A program made the position numbers and the translations under genes. A DNA stretch of 64,000 nt. Source: Alphaproteobacteria bacterium (lineage in GTDB: Bacteria > Pseudomonadota > Alphaproteobacteria > Bin95). A model generated the notes under the pieces. The model searched no databases and was not told where the DNA came from. It saw nothing but the letters and a program-made list of their open reading frames with translations. The DNA lies in assembly GCA_965205265.1 (NCBI GenBank), contig CBDBGH010000003.1, positions 1,248,001 to 1,312,000 on the forward strand. The letters run 5' to 3'. Shown here in pieces: positions 18,901 through 27,002 of the stretch; within the stretch, counting starts at the first letter, position 1; the number at the start of each line of letters is the position of its first letter.

Positions 18901-19770
18901 TTACCCTTTGAACACATACTCGCGGTGGTATTGGAGAAATTGTCGGTGCGGTCGGTTTTGCGGCAAATTCGGGAGCAGAAGCTGTCGGTCATTATTGAAC
19001 AATCGCAGCACATTTGTAGGGATTGATCTCTCGACAAGAAGCAGGCCGTAATCGTCGTCAACCGACATAAGACCCCGGTCGAACATCCAGTGCATCGTGC
19101 CGCTGAGCGCGAGGCCGTTGCGCAGACTGTCGGGGCCATTGTCTTTGACTGGACGAATATGCGCGGCTTGCACCTCGGACCGCCCGCCGCCGTTTATCAG
19201 CCGGATGCCGCTGAATGCGCAGGTATCGGCATACGCTGTCTTGACAGTCGATGAGAAGGCTCGGTCGCGAAAGGGCCGCTGTGACATCTGGGCGACAATT
19301 TCCCGGTGTATCTCGAACGGTTCCTGTTCCTCGTGAAACCCGTCGAAAGGAGATATTGAAGGAAGTTCGATAACACCGGAAAATCCGACGTTCAAAATTC
19401 GATAAAAGTCGTCGTCATCTATATTTCGTACAGACCGGCCGAATTGGCCTTTGTTCGTAGAACCATCAAGCTTCTGCAATGTGCGTTCATAGTAGAGACT
19501 TCCTTCACGAAATGGCACTGGACGATAAAATTCAAGGAATTTTTCAACATAGGCATAATAGTGGTACGGAAGTACATCATCTTCTTCGATATGGGACAGC
19601 TTTGCCACTGCAAAGTAGCATTGTCTTCCACCAGACCGGCGCGGTTCATAGTAAATGATCCAGTCCCCGATGGCGCTTTGCACAACCCTGAGGTAAGTCC
19701 GAGGAAAATGGTAACGAACTTCCAGCAAGTCGTCATAAACTGAGTCTATTCTTGTAGTTAGAACAACTTT
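18901..19770 (-). pseudogene. HNH putative restriction endonuclease (COG3440-like), interrupted at codons 3-5 by the TnpB element; original GTG start at 21121
   Basis: RDRAFS, CAFSG, AAHIRP...GPDSLRNGLALSGTMHWMFDRG; removing the element and one TSD copy restores MPKVVLTTRIDSVYDDLLEVRYHFP. Confidence 0.85.
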
Positions 19771-21107
19771 GGGCCTTACAAAGATGAGTTGACGGCGTCA
19801 TGCCGCCAGCATCCCTGCGTTTTCACGGATCGCAGGGGTCCGCAAGCCGGAACGCCCCTCCCCGTGCAGCAGCGCCAGTCCCCGACGCCGGATGTTGCTG
19901 CCGGCATTCGCGTCGGCATGGTCCGCATGGCCGCAGGCCGTGCACTGGAATTCGGCCCGCGAACGCCGCGAGCCGGCATCGACATGGCCGCAGGCGGCGC
20001 AGGTCCGGCTGGTATGGGCCGGGTCGACCGCGAGCAGCCGTCCCGCCTTGTAGCCGAACATGAAGCGCAGTTCCGCCCATCCCGTGGCCAGGATGACGCG
20101 GTTGAGCCCGGCCTTCTGCCGGACCCGGGCGCCCGGCTCCTCTGTCGTGCCCCGGGCGCTGCGCGTCATGTTCCGGACCCGGAGGTCCTCGACGGCGACG
20201 GTATGGGCGGCGTCGGCGACTGTCCGCGAGACATGGTGGCGCCAGTCGCACCGCATCCCGGAAAGGCGCCGCCTCGTCTTCGCCAGACGGGCGCGGGTGC
20301 GCTCCCGGCGCCCGGAGCCGCGCTTCTGGCGCGCCAGACGCCGGGCAAGGCGCTTCGCCCTCGCCTCCAGCCGCCGCGTATCCGGGGCATGGAACAGGCG
20401 GGCTTCCGGCCCCGGACCGCTCGCCGCCACCTGGCCAGCGTTCATGTCCACCCCGATGACGCTGTCGTCATCCTCGTGGACCGCCGGCGCCGGGACCCGG
20501 TAGCAGACCACGGCGTACCACTTGCCGGCCTCGCGCTTCAGCACCGCCGAGACCGGCTCGCCATCCCCATGCGGGTTGCCGCCCCGCCGGCGGACCGCAA
20601 GCGGGCCGAAACCCGGAAGGCGCAGGCAGGCCGCGCCGGACCCGCAGTCCGCGCCGGGCCGGGCCCGGTCCTCCAGCCTCACCCCCGAGACGAAGGAGAG
20701 GCTGTCGAACCGCCGGCGGGACCGGAACCGGGGAAAACCCGGCTTCTGGCCCGCCTTCACCCGCCGGAAGAAGCCCTTCATCGCCTCGTCCAGGCGCTTC
20801 AGCGTCCCGCGCTGCACGGCGACCGGAACGGCCGCCATCTCGGGGTCCTCCCGGCGGCACACCGTCAGGCTCTTCGCCTGGTCGATATAGGAGAGCGACC
20901 GCCCGGCCAGATGCCAGGCGTCGCAGCGTTCCTGAAGGGCGGCGTTGTACAACTGCCGCTGCGCCTCCAGAACCCGCTCCAGACGCCGCCAAACGGACCG
21001 GCGGCCCGGCAGAAGCCGGAATACCACCTGACGGTGCGTGAAGACCTCGCTCATGCGGCCGAACTGGATACGATACACGGCAATGTCAACTTACCTTTGT
21101 AAGCCCC
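19771..21107 (-). mobile_element. non-autonomous TIR element (IS1595-like ends) carrying only tnpB
   Basis: TIRs at 19771-19793 and 21085-21107 (20/23 match); exact 8-bp TSD ACAACTTT at 19763-19770 and 21108-21115. Confidence 0.9.
19798..21054 (-). CDS. tnpB: RNA-guided endonuclease TnpB
   Basis: LYNAALQER, GFPRFR, RuvC GVDMN / VAVEDL / HADANA, zinc finger CAACG...CTACG, QKAGLNR; ATG at 21054. Confidence 0.93.
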   Translation of the reverse strand: MSEVFTHRQVVFRLLPGRRSVWRRLERVLEAQRQLYNAALQERCDAWHLAGRSLSYIDQAKSLTVCRREDPEMAAVPVAVQRGTLKRLDEAMKGFFRRVKAGQKPGFPRFRSRRRFDSLSFVSGVRLEDRARPGADCGSGAACLRLPGFGPLAVRRRGGNPHGDGEPVSAVLKREAGKWYAVVCYRVPAPAVHEDDDSVIGVDMNAGQVAASGPGPEARLFHAPDTRRLEARAKRLARRLARQKRGSGRRERTRARLAKTRRRLSGMRCDWRHHVSRTVADAAHTVAVEDLRVRNMTRSARGTTEEPGARVRQKAGLNRVILATGWAELRFMFGYKAGRLLAVDPAHTSRTCAACGHVDAGSRRSRAEFQCTACGHADHADANAGSNIRRRGLALLHGEGRSGLRTPAIRENAGMLAA

Positions 21108-21139
21108 ACAACTTTCGGCACAGCGCAGGGCCTCTTGCC

Positions 21140-21177
21140 ATATGATTTTGTTATTCAATTACAACAAAAAATCATAT
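21140..21177. promoter_or_regulatory. AT-rich inverted repeat upstream of the original HNH start
   Basis: ATATGATTTT-N18-AAAATCATAT. Confidence 0.4.
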
Positions 21178-21325
21178 CAGACAACACAGGTCAGCTTTGG
21201 ACCATGCGCCGGTAACCCGCCTTTCGGAGACGCATGACAATTTCCGTGGGCTTGAATCAATGATTTTCAACGGAGGCAAAGCGTCGGGTCGGTCCCGGAC
21301 GGCAGGAGTATGCGCCGATTGCCGG

Positions 21326-22261
21326 TTATCCCTCCGGCGCCTTTTCCTGCGCCGTCGCATCCCATTCGAATTTCGACGCCCGGGCCAGCCGTTCGACGTC
21401 CACCACGCCGGTCAGGCGGCGGCCCTCGACGATCCAGGTCGGGTAGCGCCGGATGTCCTGGACCGTGCAGGCGGCGGTGAGGGGGCCGTTCGGGCCCGAG
21501 GGGGCGCATTCGGTATAGGGCAGCCGTTTGGCGGAGGCGGTGAAGAGCGCCTTCTGCTCCTGGCAGGCCCGGCACCAGTAGGCGCCGTAGAAGCGCGCGC
21601 CGCTTTCCTGCAAATGGGCCGCAAGCGCCTTGAGATAGGGGTCCTCCGGGCCGGCGGCGGGATCGAAGAGGCCGCTGAAATGCAGGTGAAGGCCGAGAAC
21701 CAGCACGAGGGCGGCGCTGACCGGGAACAACAGGGTCCGGCGCCACCCCCGCTCCGGCGGTTGCGAGGGGCGGCGCAGGACCGCGAGCAGGAACAGCAGG
21801 TTCATCAGCGCGAAGGAGGCAAGGCAGTATTCGCAGACCGCCCCGATCTCGAAGACCGATACCAGGGTGAGGAACCAGCTCACCCCGAAGCCGACGCAGG
21901 CGACGAGAAACAGAGGCCCCCATGCCGACGGCCGGCTGCGCAGGCGCCACGCCAGACCGGCAAGAAGCGCGTAGGTAAGCAGGCCCCAGAGCGCCATCGG
22001 CAGGCCGAGCAGGGTGGACCACCGGCTCGACTGCACGATGTCGCACTCCGACTCCGCCCCGCACCAGGCCGGATGCTCGCCGAACCAGGCGACCAGAGTC
22101 AGATAGCCGGTGAGCAGGACGCCGGCTGCCGCCAGGACGAGAATCCCGTTGTCGAGGGACAGTATCGCGCGCGCCGGCGCCCGGGAGGCGGCTGCGGCCG
22201 GCTTCGGGGCAGCCGCGGCCCGGCCGCGGCGGGCGCTCGGTCGTTTGCGCTTTCTGGGCAT
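21326..22261 (-). CDS. vitamin K epoxide reductase (VKOR) fused to a thioredoxin-like domain
   Basis: C-GAESE-C, CEYC, FYGAYWCRAC, YPTW; several transmembrane segments. Confidence 0.9.
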   Translation of the reverse strand: MPRKRKRPSARRGRAAAAPKPAAAASRAPARAILSLDNGILVLAAAGVLLTGYLTLVAWFGEHPAWCGAESECDIVQSSRWSTLLGLPMALWGLLTYALLAGLAWRLRSRPSAWGPLFLVACVGFGVSWFLTLVSVFEIGAVCEYCLASFALMNLLFLLAVLRRPSQPPERGWRRTLLFPVSAALVLVLGLHLHFSGLFDPAAGPEDPYLKALAAHLQESGARFYGAYWCRACQEQKALFTASAKRLPYTECAPSGPNGPLTAACTVQDIRRYPTWIVEGRRLTGVVDVERLARASKFEWDATAQEKAPEG

Positions 22262-22422
22262 CCTGAGCTTCCCGGCTGTGGTCCGTTCCGCCCTTCGGGA
22301 GGGCAATGGGTCCGGGTAGTGGTACGCGGTTGTCGGATGACCTTCAATTCCCCGTATTACCGCTTTGCAAGGCAACGCCGCCGGCGGGGATTGAATTTTC
22401 CTGTTTTTGTTCTTGATTTGAA

Positions 22423-23111
22423 CTTGACATCTGGTGGAGTGTGCTACAATGGCCCCGAGGGAAGAGGCATCCGGAGCCGCTTCCCCGGGCGCCGCGCGGC
22501 CGAGCGGCGCCGTTTTTTGAAAACCCGTGAGAAGCCGACGGGAAAGGTGCGCCCTCCGCCTCGCGCGCGCAATCAGGCGCGCAAACCGCGCCGGCGCGAA
22601 ACGCCCGCCCGCGGGCGCAGGCGCCCGCGCTCGGGGTACGCGCGAATCAGGGTCCCGCCGCTCCGGCAAACCGGGCGGCGGGGAGAACGGGATGGAGTGG
22701 AACGAAACGGGAGAAAGGAACGACATGCAGGAAGCCGACGGACACGACTTCGAGGAAGGACGAGCCTCATGCCTCAAACGGCTACAGCATATGCCTCGTT
22801 CGCATGCGGATCATGACATCGCATGACATGCCGTAACGACCCGGGATACAGGCGCGTCGCCCCTTTGTGTCGCCCCGGCCTCCGAGCCCACCGGATTCGC
22901 ACATCGCCCCGGCCGTCCTCCGCGTCCATTTCCCCCTCATCCCGAGTAGCGGCGTCAGCCTCGTATCGAGGGACGGCGGCTTCCTCCGGAAACCCATCCC
23001 TTCGGCGGGCTCAGGACAGACCTATGCCCGAACCAGAGACTGCATATACGCCGCTCGCATGCGGAACATGACATCGCATGACACAACATGACATCGCATT
23101 GGAGTGGGCCC
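22423..23111 (+). repeat. copy 1 of a promoter-leader-tail repeat element
   Basis: 22423-22655 is highly similar to the reverse complement of 48625-48858; tail motif at 22764-22830 and 23022-23111 matches the reverse complement of 47685-47767. Confidence 0.8.
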
Positions 23112-23138
23112 CATGGGCAGGACAGTTTCGAGCGGCGT

Positions 23139-24143
23139 TCAGCCTGTCCCCGGGGCCGAAGGGGCGCCCGCCCGCCGCCGGCGGCCGCCTTGCGCAAGCT
23201 GCTTCTCGCGCCAATAGACATAGATGCCGGAGCCGGCGATGAGCGTGCAGCCGAGCAGCACCCAGTGGTCGGGCAAGTGGTCGAACACCAGCCAGCCGAG
23301 CAGGATGGCGGAGGGGAGCGCCACATATTCGAAGGGCGCCAGCGTCGCTGCGTCGGCCAGCCTGTATGCCTGGGTCAGCGAATAGGCGATGAAGCCGGAG
23401 AGGCCGCCCAGCAGCACGAACAGCAGCCAGTGCTCCCATGTCGGCCAGACCCAGGCGCGGAACAGGAACAGCCAGGTCTTGTTCTCCATGCCCTCGGCGA
23501 AGCGGCCGTCGCCGGCGACGGCGAAGAAGCCGAGGCTGACGGTGATGAACATGACCTGGATATAGGCCGCCATGGCCGAGGCCGGCGCGCTCGCCCGGAG
23601 CTTCCGCGTCAGGATCTGCATGGTGGCGTAGGCGAGCGCCGCCGCCATCGGCAGCAGCAGGGTCCACCGGTCCGGGGCGTGTTCGAGCTCGCCCGTTCCG
23701 GGCCGGAGCATGACCAGCACGCCGAGGAACCCGACCGCGACGGCGGAAAACCGCCTGATGCCGACCTTCTCGCCGAGGAAGGGAATGGAAAGCAGCGTGA
23801 TGAGCAGAGGGGCGACGAAGAAGAGCGCCGTCACGTCGGCCAGCGGCGCCGACGCCAGCGCGCCGAAGAAGGCGAGATTCGCCAGGACCATGCAGAGGCC
23901 GCGCGCGATATGGGCGGCGGGGCGCCCGGTGCGAAGCGCCCTCAAGCCCCCCTCGAATTGCAGCACGGCAAGGCTGAACAGCAGCGCCACGATTGCGCGC
24001 ACGAACACGATCTCGTGCAGCGGGTAGCGGTCCGAGAGCGCCTTGACGATGGAATCGTTGATGGTGATGACCACCATGCCGAGGCAGATCATGGCGATGC
24101 CCAGGCGGGGATCGTTCGCCGGTCGAAACGCTCTGCCAGCCAT
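23139..24143 (-). CDS. DMT/EamA family transporter
   Basis: About 10 hydrophobic segments; LGEKVG, APFEY. Confidence 0.9.
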   Translation of the reverse strand: MAGRAFRPANDPRLGIAMICLGMVVITINDSIVKALSDRYPLHEIVFVRAIVALLFSLAVLQFEGGLRALRTGRPAAHIARGLCMVLANLAFFGALASAPLADVTALFFVAPLLITLLSIPFLGEKVGIRRFSAVAVGFLGVLVMLRPGTGELEHAPDRWTLLLPMAAALAYATMQILTRKLRASAPASAMAAYIQVMFITVSLGFFAVAGDGRFAEGMENKTWLFLFRAWVWPTWEHWLLFVLLGGLSGFIAYSLTQAYRLADAATLAPFEYVALPSAILLGWLVFDHLPDHWVLLGCTLIAGSGIYVYWREKQLAQGGRRRRAGAPSAPGTG

Positions 24144-24278
24144 AGGCGGGAAACCCTCGAACCCCGGACGGAACGCCGCCGCCCGGCGGCGGGAATCATA
24201 GGGACATCCGGCCGCGCCCGGCAACGGGGAAGTTGGGCGCGCCCGGTCCGCGCCGCCGGCGGCGCCGGGGGGCGTCCT

Positions 24279-25220
24279 TCAGTCGATATGCAGCACGGCC
24301 TTGCCGGGGAAGCGGCGCCCGATCAGGTCGTCGGCGGTGCGCGCGACCTCGCTCCAGGACGCCTCGCGCTCGATGGCGGTGTCGAGACGGCCCTGCGCCA
24401 CGAGGCCGAGCAGGCGGGCGAGATGGTCGCGCGGCGGGGCGGTCTCGCTCTTGTAGTAGAGGTGGAAGCCGAGGATGCGTGCGAGGCCGCGGGTCATGAA
24501 ATCCCCGATGGCGACGGAGATCGCGGGCGCGGCCGTGACGCCGTAGCAGACCGCGAGTCCTTCCCGGCCGAGCGCGCGCACGCCGGCTTCCAGGATCGGC
24601 CCGGCGACGCCGTCCACCACCAGCCGGTAGGGGCCCGCCGCCTCGATGCCGCTGCCGTCCGCGCTGACGATGACCGTGCCGAGGCCGATCCGGTCGGCGA
24701 AGGCGCGCTGGTCCTCGCGCCGGACCTGGCTCAACACCTCCGCCCCGCCGATGCGCGCGAGCTGGGCCGCGAACAGCCCGACGCCGCCCGTAGCCCCGGT
24801 GACCAGCACCCGCGCGCCGATCAGGCAGTCGCCCGCGTCGATGGAGTGCAGCGCCGTGAGGCCCGCGACGGGCAGCGTCGCCGCGGCGGCGTTGCTTACC
24901 CCGTCCGGTATGGGGCAGAGATAGGAGCCGGGGATCGGCGCGCGCTCTGCCCAGCCCTCCATGCGCGGCGAGAAGCCGACGACGCGCGCGCCCTCCGGCG
25001 GGCCGGAGCCGTCGGCCGCGGCCGTCTCGACGGTGCCCGCAATGTCCCAGCCGATGCGGATGGGCCGGTCCGCGCGCTCGGCGCGGCGCACCTCGCCGCG
25101 ATTGAGCGAGAAGGCCGAGATGCGCACCAGCGCCTCGTTGGAAAAGGGCGGCCGCTCCTCGACCTCTGCGACTTCAAGCCGCTCCGGGCTTCCCGGAACG
25201 GTGCGGACGGCGCGGATCAT
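24279..25220 (-). CDS. MDR-family (quinone oxidoreductase-like) dehydrogenase
   Basis: FSLNRGE, GWDIAG, VTGATGGVG, GKAVL; GGAGG RBS. Confidence 0.85.
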   Translation of the reverse strand: MIRAVRTVPGSPERLEVAEVEERPPFSNEALVRISAFSLNRGEVRRAERADRPIRIGWDIAGTVETAAADGSGPPEGARVVGFSPRMEGWAERAPIPGSYLCPIPDGVSNAAAATLPVAGLTALHSIDAGDCLIGARVLVTGATGGVGLFAAQLARIGGAEVLSQVRREDQRAFADRIGLGTVIVSADGSGIEAAGPYRLVVDGVAGPILEAGVRALGREGLAVCYGVTAAPAISVAIGDFMTRGLARILGFHLYYKSETAPPRDHLARLLGLVAQGRLDTAIEREASWSEVARTADDLIGRRFPGKAVLHID

Positions 25221-25334
25221 GGCGATACCTCCAGTCGATTGCATCCATGGGTTGAACTCTCACGACCTTCGCAGACGACCGAATGCAAGGTCGGTCCCAG
25301 ACTTTCCGGTCCGGCAAGTACAGCTTCCAGACGA

Positions 25335-25721
25335 CTATCGCGCGCCGATCCGGACCAAGCGGCTACGGAACCAGCAGGCCAATTCCTCGTAGCCAATCAT
25401 GCCAGATGCAGCATCGACGAAGGTGTCCGCAATAGCTTCGTCGCTCTCAACGAGCTCATAGCCGCTTCTCTGGACCATCAATTCCACCAGATAGAGTGCC
25501 GTCCGTTTGTTCCCATCCGCAAATCCATGATTGGACACGACTCCATGCACCAAGGCAGCGGCCTTCTGGTGAATCCGCCGGTGGTAACCGTGGTAGGGAC
25601 GGGCGACAGCAGACCGAATCGCGTGCTCGTTGACGATTCCCGCAGCCCCACCGAATTTGAGCGCTTCCTCGTGGCCGCGAATGGCATCGGCCCAGGTAAC
25701 GCGGTAGTGCCGTTTACCGAT
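25335..25721 (-). CDS. Doc (death-on-curing) Fic-family toxin; probable ATC start
   Basis: HGFADGNKRTA motif; SAVARP; the frame has no ATG/GTG/TTG upstream of the conserved N-terminal half. Confidence 0.8.
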   Translation of the reverse strand: MGKRHYRVTWADAIRGHEEALKFGGAAGIVNEHAIRSAVARPYHGYHRRIHQKAAALVHGVVSNHGFADGNKRTALYLVELMVQRSGYELVESDEAIADTFVDAASGMIGYEELACWFRSRLVRIGAR

Positions 25722-25893
25722 TTGCGAGAACCTGCATGGCTTTTCGGCGCTTTACCGAAGTTTGCTTGATGATTTTCTCGGAAGTAAGCGTCGCACGCTG
25801 CTTCGGACAGGCTGAAACACCCGAATGCGTTTGCGATTCCATTCGACTGGCTGTCGCGATTTGCTTGTTCTGACTGTTCTGCTTCTGAGCCAT
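25714..25893 (-). CDS. putative antitoxin of Doc (59 aa)
   Basis: Small ORF overlapping the doc start; C-terminal RRKAMQVLANR resembles Phd-like neutralisation helices. Confidence 0.65.
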   Translation of the reverse strand: MAQKQNSQNKQIATASRMESQTHSGVSACPKQRATLTSEKIIKQTSVKRRKAMQVLANR

Positions 25894-25952
25894 CGGAAAA
25901 CCTTTCAAGCCTACAAATAGGGAGCTCAATATCCAATCATAACAGGATGAGT

Positions 25953-26933
25953 TCATACCTCCAGCAGGACCTTGCCCCAGGTGCGCCGGGAGGCGAGCGC
26001 GCGCAGCGCCGCCGGCAGGTCGTCGAATGCGTAGCGGGCGGAGATCACGGGGTCGATCTCGCCGCGCGCCAGCATGGCGTAGCAGTCCGCCACGACCTCA
26101 TGGGTGTATTCGGGGTGGCTCCTGAAAAAGCCGCCCCAGATGGCGCCGACCGCTGAGGCGTTCTTGAGCAGCAGGCGGTTGGCGGCGATCTGCTGGATGG
26201 CGCCGCCGGCGAAGCCGATGATGAGCGCGCGGCCCTCGACCGCGATGACCTTGAGCGCAAGATTGAAGACCTCGCCCCCGACGGGGTCGAAGATGACGTC
26301 CGCGCCGCGCCCGCCGGTCGCCTCGCGCACGGCCTCGACCCAGCCCTCGTCGGTGTAGTCGAGCGCGAGTTCGGCCCCGTGGGCGCGGCAGACGGCGAGC
26401 TTCTCCTCACTGCCGGCAAGCGCGATGACATGCGCGCCCCAGGCCCTGCCGATCTGGATCGCGGCCAGCCCGGAGCCGCCCGCGCCCGCCGTCACCAGCA
26501 GCCACTCGCCGGCCTTCAGCCCGCCGCGCCGGCCGAGCGCGATATGGCCGGTCGGATAGACCACCGGCACGCAGGCGGCGCGGTCCATCGCCACGCCGTC
26601 CGGGATCGGGTTGATCTGCAGGTCGTCCACCACGGCATATTCGGCGAAGGCGCCCCAATAGGGCTGGGCGGCGACGCGCTGGCCGACCCTGCAGTTCGAG
26701 CCGGGGCCGACGGCCGCGACCTCGCCGGACAGCTCGCAGCCGGGCGTGAACGGGAAGTCCGGCTTCATCTGGTATTTGCCCTGGACCATCAGGATGTCGA
26801 GGAAGTTGAGCGCGGCGTGGCGGACCCTGACCAGCGCCTGGCCCGGCCCCGGCTCCGGGCGCGCCACGGTTTCGAACGCCATGTCCTCGGGCTCGCAGAA
26901 TTCGCGCACCCGCCATGCCTGCATCTGGCTCAT
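25953..26933 (-). CDS. NADPH:quinone oxidoreductase family protein
   Basis: LNFLD, GKYQ, PFTPG, DPVGG, GKVLL. Confidence 0.9.
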   Translation of the reverse strand: MSQMQAWRVREFCEPEDMAFETVARPEPGPGQALVRVRHAALNFLDILMVQGKYQMKPDFPFTPGCELSGEVAAVGPGSNCRVGQRVAAQPYWGAFAEYAVVDDLQINPIPDGVAMDRAACVPVVYPTGHIALGRRGGLKAGEWLLVTAGAGGSGLAAIQIGRAWGAHVIALAGSEEKLAVCRAHGAELALDYTDEGWVEAVREATGGRGADVIFDPVGGEVFNLALKVIAVEGRALIIGFAGGAIQQIAANRLLLKNASAVGAIWGGFFRSHPEYTHEVVADCYAMLARGEIDPVISARYAFDDLPAALRALASRRTWGKVLLEV

Positions 26934-27002
26934 GCAACCGGCTCCCGACGGCTTCCGGAATAGTGGGGCAATCGATAGCGCCTTTGCCCCCGGCGCGCCA
27001 GT

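Noticed and set aside
19798-21054. Cas12f/type V CRISPR effector
   Set aside because: No CRISPR array or cas genes occur in the window.
19771-21107. Ordinary IS605/IS1341 solo-tnpB insertion
   Set aside because: Y1-mobilised elements do not create an 8-bp TSD or carry TIRs, and no left-end hairpin is evident. A nested insertion after TTGAC into a 41-bp MITE cannot be fully excluded, but it is less parsimonious because TTGAC/GTCAA are themselves part of the inverted repeat.
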